The position numbers were made by a program, and so were the translations under genes. The notes under the pieces were generated by a model. The model worked only from the letters and a program-made list of their open reading frames with translations. It ran no database searches and had not been told where the DNA came from. A stretch of DNA of 64,000 bases from a virus. Its lineage: Duplodnaviria > Caudoviricetes. The stretch covers positions 4,864 to 68,863 of the IMG/VR virus record IMGVR_UViG_2879448870_000003. One strand, given 5' to 3'. Positions 29,016 through 38,895 of the stretch are shown in pieces. Position 1 is the stretch's first letter. Every line of letters begins with the position of its first letter.

Positions 29016-29201
29016 ATGGATAAGCCTGATCTCAAAAAAGATCCGTCTGAAGTTGAGAAGCTGGTGAAAGAAAAAGTTTCCCTAGCTAGAAAACTCGGCA
29101 TATGGGAATCTTTTAATCCAGTTGAAGATTATCAAAACAAAGAAGAATTTGCTCAGATTACCGAAATTGACAAACGCCTATCCGTAATCATTAACGGCTA
29201 G
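29016..29201 (+). CDS. Small hypothetical protein
   Basis: GGGGTG RBS. Confidence 0.5.
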   Translation: MDKPDLKKDPSEVEKLVKEKVSLARKLGIWESFNPVEDYQNKEEFAQITEIDKRLSVIING

Positions 29202-29231
29202 GTTTTTTAATGTCCTAAGGAGGGATAAGGA

Positions 29232-30014
29232 ATGGGTATTTCACCGAAACAGTGGGTTATAGATGACATTTCGAATGCAGCCCTGTTTGATCTTGCTACT
29301 GGAGATCCAATGGCTTACTTTGAACGGCTCGGAAAGTTAACGCTGACAATTGCCGCACCGCAGCAGCGTGTGTACGGCGGTACAAGCAAGTATGCTTTTC
29401 ACTTGACTGAACAGGACGCGGAATCAAGTGTGCAAATTGAAAACGCCGTCCTGGACCTTAACCAACTTGTCGCAGCGACAGGAGCAGAAATTACAACCGG
29501 CAGTACAGTAGTGCCGCGTGTCGAAAAACTCACAGTTTTGACTGGAGCAACCTTCACTTTGTCTAAAGGAGCAACTCTGGTTGCTGGCAGCGACCGAATC
29601 ATCGTGGCAACAAAAGGTTTGACAAACTCAGGGGTGCAATTAACACGCGTTGCTTCTGCACCTACTGCACTTCAATATTCGATCACAGTAGCCGGTGTTG
29701 TAACTTTGGGCGATTCAACATTGGTAGGAAAAGACGTTCGTGCCTTTTACGACTCAACCTCTGCTACTGGTACGGCTACGTCCATCAAGACGGACACTAA
29801 AAATAAGGCATATAAATTCGTAGCTTACGGTAAAGCCTTGGATGATGAAACTAACGAATGGTTTGAATGCGTTATTGTCATCTATAAGTCTCAAATGCTG
29901 GGATCGTTCGTCATTGATCAGCAACGGAAATCGGCAACCACCAGTTCTATCGAACTTGCGGTGCTCGATCCAAGTCGGGCAGACAAAAAAGCGATTGATA
30001 TTCTAACGGCCTAA
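29232..30014 (+). CDS. Major tail protein
   Basis: 260 aa, Thr/Ala-rich beta protein before chaperone and TMP. Confidence 0.8.
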   Translation: MGISPKQWVIDDISNAALFDLATGDPMAYFERLGKLTLTIAAPQQRVYGGTSKYAFHLTEQDAESSVQIENAVLDLNQLVAATGAEITTGSTVVPRVEKLTVLTGATFTLSKGATLVAGSDRIIVATKGLTNSGVQLTRVASAPTALQYSITVAGVVTLGDSTLVGKDVRAFYDSTSATGTATSIKTDTKNKAYKFVAYGKALDDETNEWFECVIVIYKSQMLGSFVIDQQRKSATTSSIELAVLDPSRADKKAIDILTA

Positions 30015-30048
30015 TTAATTGGGGGCGAAAGTCCCCATATTCTAATAC

Positions 30049-30387
30049 ATGGAGGCAAGCAATATGGAAGATCAAGAGAAGATGGATTTAATTATGGGGA
30101 TTGGACCAAAAATCACTCTATCCCCAGAGGTCAGCAAGACTCTTAGAGTCGGTACACTCAAGCAAATCAAAGAGGTTGGGGCGTTGTACAAAAATGGGCT
30201 GACTCAACTGAAATATGCTGCTGTATTCCAAGAAGGAGATGAACAAAAGGCTACGTACGAGAAGTGGTCTGAAATATTGAATATTGTGTTCATCGAAGGG
30301 TTCAGTGGGGCGGACATTGAGGAGTTTATTCCTGATGTGCTGGAGGAAGCGGTTGATCGATTTCTCTTCAGTAAGCCAGGGGCCTGA
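30049..30387 (+). CDS. Tail assembly chaperone (gpG-like)
   Basis: Between major tail and TMP; ends ...VDRFLFSKPGA. Confidence 0.75.
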   Translation: MEASNMEDQEKMDLIMGIGPKITLSPEVSKTLRVGTLKQIKEVGALYKNGLTQLKYAAVFQEGDEQKATYEKWSEILNIVFIEGFSGADIEEFIPDVLEEAVDRFLFSKPGA

Positions 30388-30643
30388 GCGTAAAAGTCGG
30401 GGCAAGAGCATACCGGGGGAAGAAAGTAAGCCATTAACAATGGACGAGCTTTACGGCAGGTTATCTCGCCGTAAACTTGCAAAGCCCTGGTACGATCATA
30501 ACTGGTATGAAGTAATCGCTATATTTGATGACATGAACGAGGAAATGAAAGACCAAATTCGCCTTCATGGCGGTGAAATTGAAGAGCCAAAACCACTGAC
30601 AAGAAGCGGAATCGCTGAAATCCTCAGTTTTTTCAACCGGTAG
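30361..30643 (+). CDS. Tail assembly chaperone extension (gpT-like), probably reached by +1 frameshift at TTT-C
   Basis: Open +1 frame 30284-30643 overlaps the chaperone end; CGA TTT CTC at 30358-30366. Confidence 0.55.
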
Positions 30644-30655
30644 TTACACATTTAC

Positions 30656-30690
30656 AGAGACCTCCGTCACCAAGCGGCAGGTCTCTTTTT
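30656..30690 (+). terminator. Terminator-like hairpin before TMP
   Basis: AGAGACCT...AGGTCTCT followed by T tract. Confidence 0.7.
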
Positions 30691-30715
30691 CTATATATAT
30701 GGATCAAACAGAAGC

Positions 30716-30733
30716 TAAGGAAAATTTTCCTTA
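30716..30733. repeat. Dispersed palindrome copy 4 (TAAGGAAAATTTTCCTTA)
   Basis: Perfect 18-bp palindrome upstream of TMP. Confidence 0.9.
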
Positions 30734-30760
30734 TCAAAACCCAAGAGGGGTGAAGATACA

Positions 30761-33700
30761 TTGACAGACATGGGTAAGGATGTAGTCGGAGCAAGGCTTA
30801 AGCTGGATACATCTAAGATGTTTCCTGCATTTCAGGCGATTGATAGAGGAGCAAAAGGCAACGCCGAAACTTTCAAGGTACTCAATCAAGAAATAAACGT
30901 CACCACTAAGAATTATACCGCCTTGGCTGGTGCAGCAGATAAACTCGCGCTGACATCCGAAGATCGGCGAAAGAAGATCATGGCTGAGTCTGATGCTTTG
31001 GTTAAGCAGCGTAATGCTCAAACTGCATTGATCAAAGCAAAAAAGAGTCAACTAGATCAGACCAATCAATTGGTAGATGCTAAACTCGCTGCGCAAATGG
31101 CAATCGTAGTCAAGAGAGAGAACGCTATTGAGCAACAAGAGCGGGAACACCTCAAGCGCATGGAAGCCCTTCAAAACCGGGCAAATAAAACTGCGGGTAG
31201 CAGTTCAACGGGGATATCAAGCACAGCTGACAGCACTCGGGAGCGCGTGCTAAGAGAAGAACAATCAATTCGGCAGAAGCTTGCTCAGATGGAAGAGAAA
31301 GAAGCCCAACTTGCTCGTAAGAATGCTGCAGAACGTGAAGCTGCGGTGCGTTCCCAGGAACAAAAGGAAATCAAGATGCGGGAACGGGTCTTGCAAGAAG
31401 AACAGAAGATCCGCGCGGCCTTGAAGGCTCGGGAACAGCAAGAGGCAAATATCCGGGAACGGATCATCCAGGAGGAGCAGAAGGTTCGCAGAGCGCTTGT
31501 GACCCGGGAACAGCAAGAAATCAAAATGCGTGAGCGCATACTCGCTGAAGAGAAGAAGGTATTACAGTCCCTTATTTCAACCGAAAATCAAATGAATCAA
31601 ATGGGGAAAAATACGGGTTTTCTAACTCAAATTAAGGATGCCGCCATCCATGCTGCTGTTTTCCATACCGTTTTCCGTTCGATGATGACCGTTCAGGAAG
31701 CCATGAAAGAAGGTATCGTGGATATTGAATCCAACATGGCTGGTTATGTGCAGACCAATGAACACTATTTCTTGCAGTACAACCAAGGAACAGGCGAAAT
31801 GGTCATGAACACAAAACTTCTAAATGCTGAAACTGAAAAGTTCATCCACACCACACATGACCTCGGATCGGAAATCACCGATGTAACCGAATCAGCCCGC
31901 CTATGGGGCCGTATGTACAAAGATGCTGGAATAGTGCAGGAAATGGTACGCAAGTCCACGATGTTATCTACAGTCGATCTGGTGAGCCTTGAAGATGCTA
32001 CAAAGAGCATGGAATCTACACTTGCGCAATATGGGGTGCAGATCAAAGACGCAAACGATGCTTCTGTGCTAGGTGGACGTATCCTAGACTCCTGGTCTAA
32101 GGTAGCTCATGATACTATGGCTCCGGCACAGGACTTGGGAGCGGCATTTGAACGGACGGGTAAAATCGCTGCGGAGACCGGCGTTAGTTTTGATGTGATG
32201 AATGGTTTGATCTCTTCTGGTATTCGTAATACTGCGCTATCCGGGGAGAACCTGGGTAACATGTGGAAGACCGTTCTCGGTACGATCCGGACGGATAAAG
32301 CCGTTGCTGAAATTGAAAGCCTTGGAGTTGCCACAAAGGAAGTTGTTGACGGTACTGAACAATGGCGCAGAGCAGATGATATCTTACTCGACCTGTCTAC
32401 TAAAGTAATCGATAAAAATTATGATTTGACGAAGTCCTATGCGGATATTTCGCGCGGGGTCTATCAGTATGCCAAACTGGCAGCGTCCCTTAATGCTGGG
32501 GACATCCTCTTAGGAACAGCAGCATCCATCGGTTCTACTGGATCTACACTGGAGTACCTCAAAGTTCAGATGGATACGATATCGCGGAAGGCGGCGCAAA
32601 CTAAGGCTTCGCTTCTGGAAATATTCAACCAGGCAGGTGATGATGGATTACGTTCAGCAATTAAAAAATCACTGGATATCATCGATCAGTTATTGATCGG
32701 GCTTACTAAAATACCTAAAGGAGCATTTGCGGCCACTGCTACACTTGGCGGCTTGCTGGGCTTGTACAAACTGATTGCGCCGTTGCTGACTCAATGGAGA
32801 GCGGCACAGACAGCGCTAAATACTGCCATCGCTATGCATACCACATTACAAACGGCGGCTACAGCGGAAATGGTCGTTTATACTGCGGCTGCAAAAGCGG
32901 CAATGATTACTACAGCGGCATGGACTGCTGGATTAACGCTACTTGCTGGAGCTATCGCCGTATTTGTTTATCAAAGCGGCAAGGCCGAAAAGGCACAGAG
33001 AGAGCATACCCAGGCTATGAAGGATGAAGACGCAGCCAACCAGCAGATGATTAGTCAACTTCAGCGGCAGATAGAGTTATTGCCCAAACTCGTGAATGCT
33101 CATAAATCCTTGGAATCATCACTTCAGTCCGCTAATCTATCTGAACAGAAACAAACACAGATTAAGAAGCAGTTGGACGAGGTCTCCAAAGCACTAGTTA
33201 TCACATTGGGCGAAGAAGGGGCGAAGCAACTAGAGACTGCGGGATTTACCGATGAAGCCGTACAGATTCAAGTGAATGCCTTGAATGCTTTGATAGCAAA
33301 ACAGAATGAGGCAAGGAAGAATGTTCTTTCTGACCAGCAAAATCAAGTGAATAAGGATCTGGAGAAAAACGTTGCAGAGATCAATAAAGCTAAGGATAAA
33401 TTAACTAATCTAAAAACAAGCCTGCTCGCTCAAACAGGTGAATTTGTTAAAAATGTATTCACGCTAAATGATTTACAAGATTCATCGAAATCAGTAAAGA
33501 ATCTAGAAGATAGAATTGCCAGTCTAACCGTAAAAAACAACGAACTAAGAGCATCGTCTGCGGATTTAGGCGTGCAGATGTCCACTCTTGTATTGCAAGA
33601 GGATCAATTCGCAGGAAAAGCCGGAACGGCATCGGAATCAGCATCGGACCAGGCGGCGATACTGGCAGACCTTCGAGAGCAGATTGACGGAAATGGATCT

Positions 33701-36178
33701 GCCATCAGCGAAATGAATACACTCCTGAAAGAAATGACTGGAGAACAGTCCATGAATGCTTCTGCGGCAGCTGAACTGATTTTGAAATACCCCCAGTTAG
33801 CCACGGAGATATATAAAACGGCGGATGGATGGAAATTCGAGAAAGATGCTGTTGAAGTGCTGCGAAAAGCCAAGGTACAGAAGGCTATTGATGATCTTAA
33901 GTCTGAAAAGGCTTCTACCTTCAACACCAGACTAGCGACTGATGAACGTCTGAAGGCATACGGCATTGAAGCTGAAGCGATAAAGAGTCTAGCCGACCTG
34001 AAGGCAGCCATGAACGGTGTAACGTCTACAACCCTAACTACCGGAGATGATCTTAAGTACTTCAAGCCATCGTTTAAGGATAAAGGCGGGGTTTTAGACG
34101 AAAAAGCCAAGCAAGAAGCTGCGGCCAAGAGTGAGCTGGACAAGATATATGACTCCTATGCCAAGGAACAAATTGATTACCAAAACAAAATAAATGCCTT
34201 AAGCGGACTATATAAAGATCCGGACTTTGGAGTAAGTGCGGATAGCGACAAAAAGAGTAAAAGCGGAACAAGCGAAGCCGATAAAGCAGCCAAAGCAGCA
34301 AGTGATGCGCGTAAAGAGGCATATGCTGAAGACTTGGATAACTTCAAGTACACGGCAGAGAGGCAACAATGGACCATTGATCAACAAGCGGCGGGTTATG
34401 AGCGCCTAAAGAAACGGCACGCGGCATACTTGGCCGAAGATAAAGATGCAATGAAGCAATGGAGCCGGGATGTCATAGCGCTCAGCGATGCGCGGTACAC
34501 CGAAGATGTTGCGAACCTGGATAAGAAAACCGAGCGCATGCGTCAAGCCAACCTGCAGGAGATTGAGATCGTAAAGGCCACCTTTGATTTCTATACCAAG
34601 GAATCCAAGAAGGCCTACTTAACCGCTGATCAAAAGACAGAAGCCGATAAACAAGTTTATGACTTATCCAAGCAATACAACGAACTTCGGTTTACCAACT
34701 CCACAAACTGGATAGAAAAAGAAGCCAATAAGATGGAGATGGCCGGAAACAAGAAAGTCGATATCATCAACATGGAGTTACAGGCTTATGAACGTATGAC
34801 GAAAGACAAGAATCGATCTGCAGAAGATAATTTGAAACTGGAACAAAATATTTACGAACAGAAGAAATCTCTTATCGAACAACAATTTTCAGACAGTCAG
34901 AAGGTTATTAGTCACCGTAAGGCCATTGGGGAGCTTACTGCGGCTCAAGAATTACAGGAGTGGCAAAAGATACAGGCTATGTACCGCGTAGGCACTGAAC
35001 AGCGTATGGAAGCTGATGAACAGGTATACGCATTACGGCAGAAGTTGATTGAAGATGAAACAAAGTCGGTTGAAACTCTAGCATCTACTTATAAATCCAA
35101 AATTGAAGCCACGCGCGACGCAGCGGTGAAAGCAATAGAAGCGGAGCGCGATGCATATCTTGCGGGAAAGGACGCTGAGATTCAGGCGATCGATGATCTG
35201 CTAAGCAAGCAACAGGAACTTAATGAGGATCAAGATTATGAGAGTGCCTTAGCAGAGAAACAAGCGCGGTTAGCACTGCTGGCTTCGGCGGTTGGCCCGG
35301 ACGGGATTGCCGAACGAGTGCAGGTCCAGAAGGACATTGAAAAACTGCAATTGGATCATGAACGGGAGTTAGCGAAACGAAGCCTTGAAGAACAGAAGCA
35401 AGCCCTCCAGGACGAGAAGGACGCAAAGAAGACAGCCTATGATAAGGATATCGAAACGGCTAAATCTCACTATGAGGATCTGATATCGGCTTTCGAAAGC
35501 TTTTCATCTGACACAGCAAACCGTGCTGAGGTTCTGAAGAACATCCAAGTGCTGAAGGAGTCCGAGAAGAACGCGGAGATCCTGAGTCAGTTAGATCAGT
35601 TCATTTCAGACTATCAATCCAAGATGAGTGCAATTACCACGCTGTCGCCTACTGTGAGCGGATCTGTGACACTGGCGGCATCAACAGGTGTAAGTCAGAA
35701 GGACGCAGACTTAATTGAATACAACTCAAATAAGGATGCCTGGGACGCAGCCAAAGCAGCAAAGAATACAGCCGAAATGGAAAGATTGGCTGCACGTAAT
35801 GAGGAGTTACGGCAGAAATACGGCGTAATTAAAGACACTAGAAAACTTCAGACATTTCATGATGGTGGCGTAGTCCGAGGAGCGCGGCGCGGTGAAGAAA
35901 CAACAGTCAATGCAAGAGTCGGAGAGATGTACATCAATGACCGGCAGCAGGACAACCTTTTTAGAATGCTTAACTTTAAAATGCCTTCAATTGATTTCTC
36001 TATGCCAAGTTTTTCTATGCCAGCAGCGTCAGGAGGTTCAAATCCGCAGCGGGTAAGCAGCACCAGCGTAACATTCTCAGGAGATACTTATATTACAGAC
36101 GAAGCCGTAGCAAAGGTTTATTGGACTGAAAGGGATAACTTCGTGCGGAGGTCGCAATCCAGATCGGGGGCGAAATAA
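30761..36178 (+). CDS. Tail tape measure protein
   Basis: 1805 aa, helical; TP901-type core (DLGAAFERTG..AAETGVSF...SGENLGN.WKT); ~25-aa repeats near 31350-31560. Confidence 0.95.
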   Translation: MTDMGKDVVGARLKLDTSKMFPAFQAIDRGAKGNAETFKVLNQEINVTTKNYTALAGAADKLALTSEDRRKKIMAESDALVKQRNAQTALIKAKKSQLDQTNQLVDAKLAAQMAIVVKRENAIEQQEREHLKRMEALQNRANKTAGSSSTGISSTADSTRERVLREEQSIRQKLAQMEEKEAQLARKNAAEREAAVRSQEQKEIKMRERVLQEEQKIRAALKAREQQEANIRERIIQEEQKVRRALVTREQQEIKMRERILAEEKKVLQSLISTENQMNQMGKNTGFLTQIKDAAIHAAVFHTVFRSMMTVQEAMKEGIVDIESNMAGYVQTNEHYFLQYNQGTGEMVMNTKLLNAETEKFIHTTHDLGSEITDVTESARLWGRMYKDAGIVQEMVRKSTMLSTVDLVSLEDATKSMESTLAQYGVQIKDANDASVLGGRILDSWSKVAHDTMAPAQDLGAAFERTGKIAAETGVSFDVMNGLISSGIRNTALSGENLGNMWKTVLGTIRTDKAVAEIESLGVATKEVVDGTEQWRRADDILLDLSTKVIDKNYDLTKSYADISRGVYQYAKLAASLNAGDILLGTAASIGSTGSTLEYLKVQMDTISRKAAQTKASLLEIFNQAGDDGLRSAIKKSLDIIDQLLIGLTKIPKGAFAATATLGGLLGLYKLIAPLLTQWRAAQTALNTAIAMHTTLQTAATAEMVVYTAAAKAAMITTAAWTAGLTLLAGAIAVFVYQSGKAEKAQREHTQAMKDEDAANQQMISQLQRQIELLPKLVNAHKSLESSLQSANLSEQKQTQIKKQLDEVSKALVITLGEEGAKQLETAGFTDEAVQIQVNALNALIAKQNEARKNVLSDQQNQVNKDLEKNVAEINKAKDKLTNLKTSLLAQTGEFVKNVFTLNDLQDSSKSVKNLEDRIASLTVKNNELRASSADLGVQMSTLVLQEDQFAGKAGTASESASDQAAILADLREQIDGNGSAISEMNTLLKEMTGEQSMNASAAAELILKYPQLATEIYKTADGWKFEKDAVEVLRKAKVQKAIDDLKSEKASTFNTRLATDERLKAYGIEAEAIKSLADLKAAMNGVTSTTLTTGDDLKYFKPSFKDKGGVLDEKAKQEAAAKSELDKIYDSYAKEQIDYQNKINALSGLYKDPDFGVSADSDKKSKSGTSEADKAAKAASDARKEAYAEDLDNFKYTAERQQWTIDQQAAGYERLKKRHAAYLAEDKDAMKQWSRDVIALSDARYTEDVANLDKKTERMRQANLQEIEIVKATFDFYTKESKKAYLTADQKTEADKQVYDLSKQYNELRFTNSTNWIEKEANKMEMAGNKKVDIINMELQAYERMTKDKNRSAEDNLKLEQNIYEQKKSLIEQQFSDSQKVISHRKAIGELTAAQELQEWQKIQAMYRVGTEQRMEADEQVYALRQKLIEDETKSVETLASTYKSKIEATRDAAVKAIEAERDAYLAGKDAEIQAIDDLLSKQQELNEDQDYESALAEKQARLALLASAVGPDGIAERVQVQKDIEKLQLDHERELAKRSLEEQKQALQDEKDAKKTAYDKDIETAKSHYEDLISAFESFSSDTANRAEVLKNIQVLKESEKNAEILSQLDQFISDYQSKMSAITTLSPTVSGSVTLAASTGVSQKDADLIEYNSNKDAWDAAKAAKNTAEMERLAARNEELRQKYGVIKDTRKLQTFHDGGVVRGARRGEETTVNARVGEMYINDRQQDNLFRMLNFKMPSIDFSMPSFSMPAASGGSNPQRVSSTSVTFSGDTYITDEAVAKVYWTERDNFVRRSQSRSGAK

Positions 36179-36982
36179 TTGATTACAGCAACAGTAGATG
36201 GTGTAACGTTTGAAAGTATCGGACTGGGGCTGAAATCTCACAATATCCCTGTTCTGCCCCCGACAAAGGATAACACAGTAGAACTGGCTGATCGTGACGG
36301 TGCCTTAGATTTTGGCAGTACCTACGGACCCAGACCATTCAACCTTGAGTGCATTATAATGGCTGACGATCCGACATTGGATTATCAAAGGAGAGTCGCT
36401 CTTGTAGCGGCTCTTTTTAACATCCAAAAAGGCGATATTGTATTTACCTTTGAGGATCATCCGGGAAAGAGATTCATAGGTAGGTACGCAGGCACTATGG
36501 ATATCACAAAGCTGATATTTGATGGAGAGGTTACAATACCCGTCAAAATGAATAATCCATATCCTGAGTCGATCCAGGATACAACCGTCCGAGAATATGG
36601 GCAAGGGTTGGAATATGGACAGGGATACTTGTATAGCGATTATGCAAATTGGATATCTGCAAATGGACAGAGCATTGTTATTCGTAATGAAGGCAGTGCC
36701 AAAGCTTTCCCTATCATACGAATTAGCGGATCTTTCTCCGATTTGCATCTCTCAGATGGAACTTCGACACTCATACTATATGGCACGAGTAGCGCTTCGG
36801 ATGTGTGGGAGATTAACTGCGATATGGATGAATGCACCGTTCTCCTCAACGGACAGAACGCTTTTTCAAGAAGCAATGCTGTTTTCTTTAGACTCCAACC
36901 CGGGAATACAACATTCACAGTGTCAGGTGGATCATTGGCGGTTAACCTCGCATTTATATTCAGGTACAAATATCTCTATTGA
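36179..36982 (+). CDS. Distal tail protein (Dit)
   Basis: Follows TMP; DGALDFGSTYGPRPF; NEGSAKAFPIIRI; FFRLQPGN. Confidence 0.85.
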   Translation: MITATVDGVTFESIGLGLKSHNIPVLPPTKDNTVELADRDGALDFGSTYGPRPFNLECIIMADDPTLDYQRRVALVAALFNIQKGDIVFTFEDHPGKRFIGRYAGTMDITKLIFDGEVTIPVKMNNPYPESIQDTTVREYGQGLEYGQGYLYSDYANWISANGQSIVIRNEGSAKAFPIIRISGSFSDLHLSDGTSTLILYGTSSASDVWEINCDMDECTVLLNGQNAFSRSNAVFFRLQPGNTTFTVSGGSLAVNLAFIFRYKYLY

Positions 36983-36996
36983 GAGGAGGAATCGTT

Positions 36997-37824
36997 TTGG
37001 CATTTAATCGAAGAACAATCAACAAAGAACTCGACATAGCAAACCTTAATAAGCACAACGACAATTACGCGGATATCGAATCAACATTAGATGCGCATGA
37101 TATTGCCATTGCAACATCAGCCAGCCATATAGCAGACGGTAACATCCATACTACCGCAGCCGAGAAGACCAAGCTTGCGGGGATCACGGCCGGAGCTGGT
37201 GGAGCGAACTCAGCTACGGATTCTGTGATTGGGAGCCGGACGGCAACGGACAGTGTGACACCCAGCCTGACAGGGACAATAACAGCGCTGTTCTCCAGTT
37301 TGTTCACCTTGATCAAAGGGATTACGGGCAAGTCCAGCGCTCTTACGGCTCCGGCTACTACGCTTGAGGCGACCAAGGCTCATATGGATACAACCAGCAT
37401 CCACACTACGGCAGCGGAGAAGACCAAGCTTTCCGGTATTGCTACCGGGGCAGAGGTCAACCAAAACGCCTTTGCCCAGGTCAATAACATCCCGGCTGCT
37501 GCTGAGTCGGACACGTTGACCGTGGCAGGCGGGACCGGCATCACCATCACGAATAACCCAACAACCAAGACTTTGACGGTCACGGCCACGGGGACGGCCA
37601 CACCAGGAGCACATGCCTCTTCTCACTTATCCGGTGGAAGCGATCCTATACCTGTGGCGACTACAACGGCAGCGGGATTGATGGCAGCAGCAGACAAAAC
37701 CGATCTGGCAGCGGTCAAAACGAAAGTGACGGCATTAGAGGATTTTTTGGGATACATGCCGATTGATGGCGGGGCGTTCACTGGCAATCCTATGGGGCCT
37801 ACTATTGACGGCGGAACAATATAA
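36997..37824 (+). CDS. Tail fibre/baseplate-associated protein
   Basis: HTTAAEKTKL.GI repeats, HASSH..GGSDPI; ends IDGGTI. Confidence 0.75.
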   Translation: MAFNRRTINKELDIANLNKHNDNYADIESTLDAHDIAIATSASHIADGNIHTTAAEKTKLAGITAGAGGANSATDSVIGSRTATDSVTPSLTGTITALFSSLFTLIKGITGKSSALTAPATTLEATKAHMDTTSIHTTAAEKTKLSGIATGAEVNQNAFAQVNNIPAAAESDTLTVAGGTGITITNNPTTKTLTVTATGTATPGAHASSHLSGGSDPIPVATTTAAGLMAAADKTDLAAVKTKVTALEDFLGYMPIDGGAFTGNPMGPTIDGGTI

Positions 37825-37839
37825 AGGGGGAATTAGTCC

Positions 37840-38880
37840 ATGGCAGTAACGACAATTAAGATCAGACGGGGGCCAGCATCTAACCTAGCCGGGCTGAGTT
37901 TACAAGAGGGTGAACCGGGGTTTGTAGTAGACACGGGTAAATTCCTCATTGGGGATGGTCAGGGCAATAATGTTGTAATCAATCCGGATCAGGCCAATGC
38001 GACCACGGCAGATAAGCTCAAGACGGGGCGTACTATTGCAATCACGGGGGACGGCACAGGCACCAGCGCTGCTTTTGATGGATCAGCCAATGCTTCTATT
38101 GCATTAGTACTTGCGAATACCGGCACAGCCACAGGCACTTTTACAAAATTCACGGTAGACGCAAAAGGCCGGATTACTTCCGCTGTGCTTCTCACAGCAG
38201 CTGATATTCCGACTTTGACTTTGGCGAAAATCAGTGATGCTGGTACAGCAGCAAGTAAAAATACGGGTACGGCAATTGGTAATGTGCCCATTGTTGGAAG
38301 TGATGGTAAACTTGACGCCGCTATTATGCCTGCTCTAGCAATATCAGACACTTCCGTTGTTGCAAGTCAGGCGGCTATGTTGGCCTTAACGGCTGAGGTG
38401 GGCGACCTCGCCGTCCGGACAGATATTAATAAGACCTTTATCCTCCGGGTAGCAGGGGCTTCCACCCTCGCAAACTGGCAGGAGATCCTATCACCTACGG
38501 CAGCAGTATCCAGTGTAGCTGGTAAGACTGGAGCCGTGACGGTAACGGCGTCTGATGTAGGGCTGGGTAACGTGACTAATGAGAGTAAGGCAACCATGTT
38601 CACAAGTCCAGCCTTTACAGGTACACCTACGGGTCCTACTGCAGCAGCCGGTACCAATTCAACACAACTAGCCACAACAGCATTTGTGGAGGCGGTCCGT
38701 GCAATTTTAGCTGCAGCAGATGCGCTTAAGGCTCCGTTAGCATCGCCTGCTTTTACGGGCAATCCTACAGTGCCCACACAGGCCACCTCAGATAACAGTA
38801 CAAAGGCGGCAAGTACCGCCTATGTTCAGGCTCAGGGATACCTAAAGGCAACCGACACCATTGACGGCGGCACATTCTAA
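37840..38880 (+). CDS. Tail fibre protein with Mtd-N-like N-terminus
   Basis: IKIRRG...L.EGEPGF..DT.K..IGDG; SPAFTGTPT/LATTAFV fibre repeats; ends IDGGTF. Confidence 0.85.
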   Translation: MAVTTIKIRRGPASNLAGLSLQEGEPGFVVDTGKFLIGDGQGNNVVINPDQANATTADKLKTGRTIAITGDGTGTSAAFDGSANASIALVLANTGTATGTFTKFTVDAKGRITSAVLLTAADIPTLTLAKISDAGTAASKNTGTAIGNVPIVGSDGKLDAAIMPALAISDTSVVASQAAMLALTAEVGDLAVRTDINKTFILRVAGASTLANWQEILSPTAAVSSVAGKTGAVTVTASDVGLGNVTNESKATMFTSPAFTGTPTGPTAAAGTNSTQLATTAFVEAVRAILAAADALKAPLASPAFTGNPTVPTQATSDNSTKAASTAYVQAQGYLKATDTIDGGTF

Positions 38881-38895
38881 GGAGGGCAGTTCACT

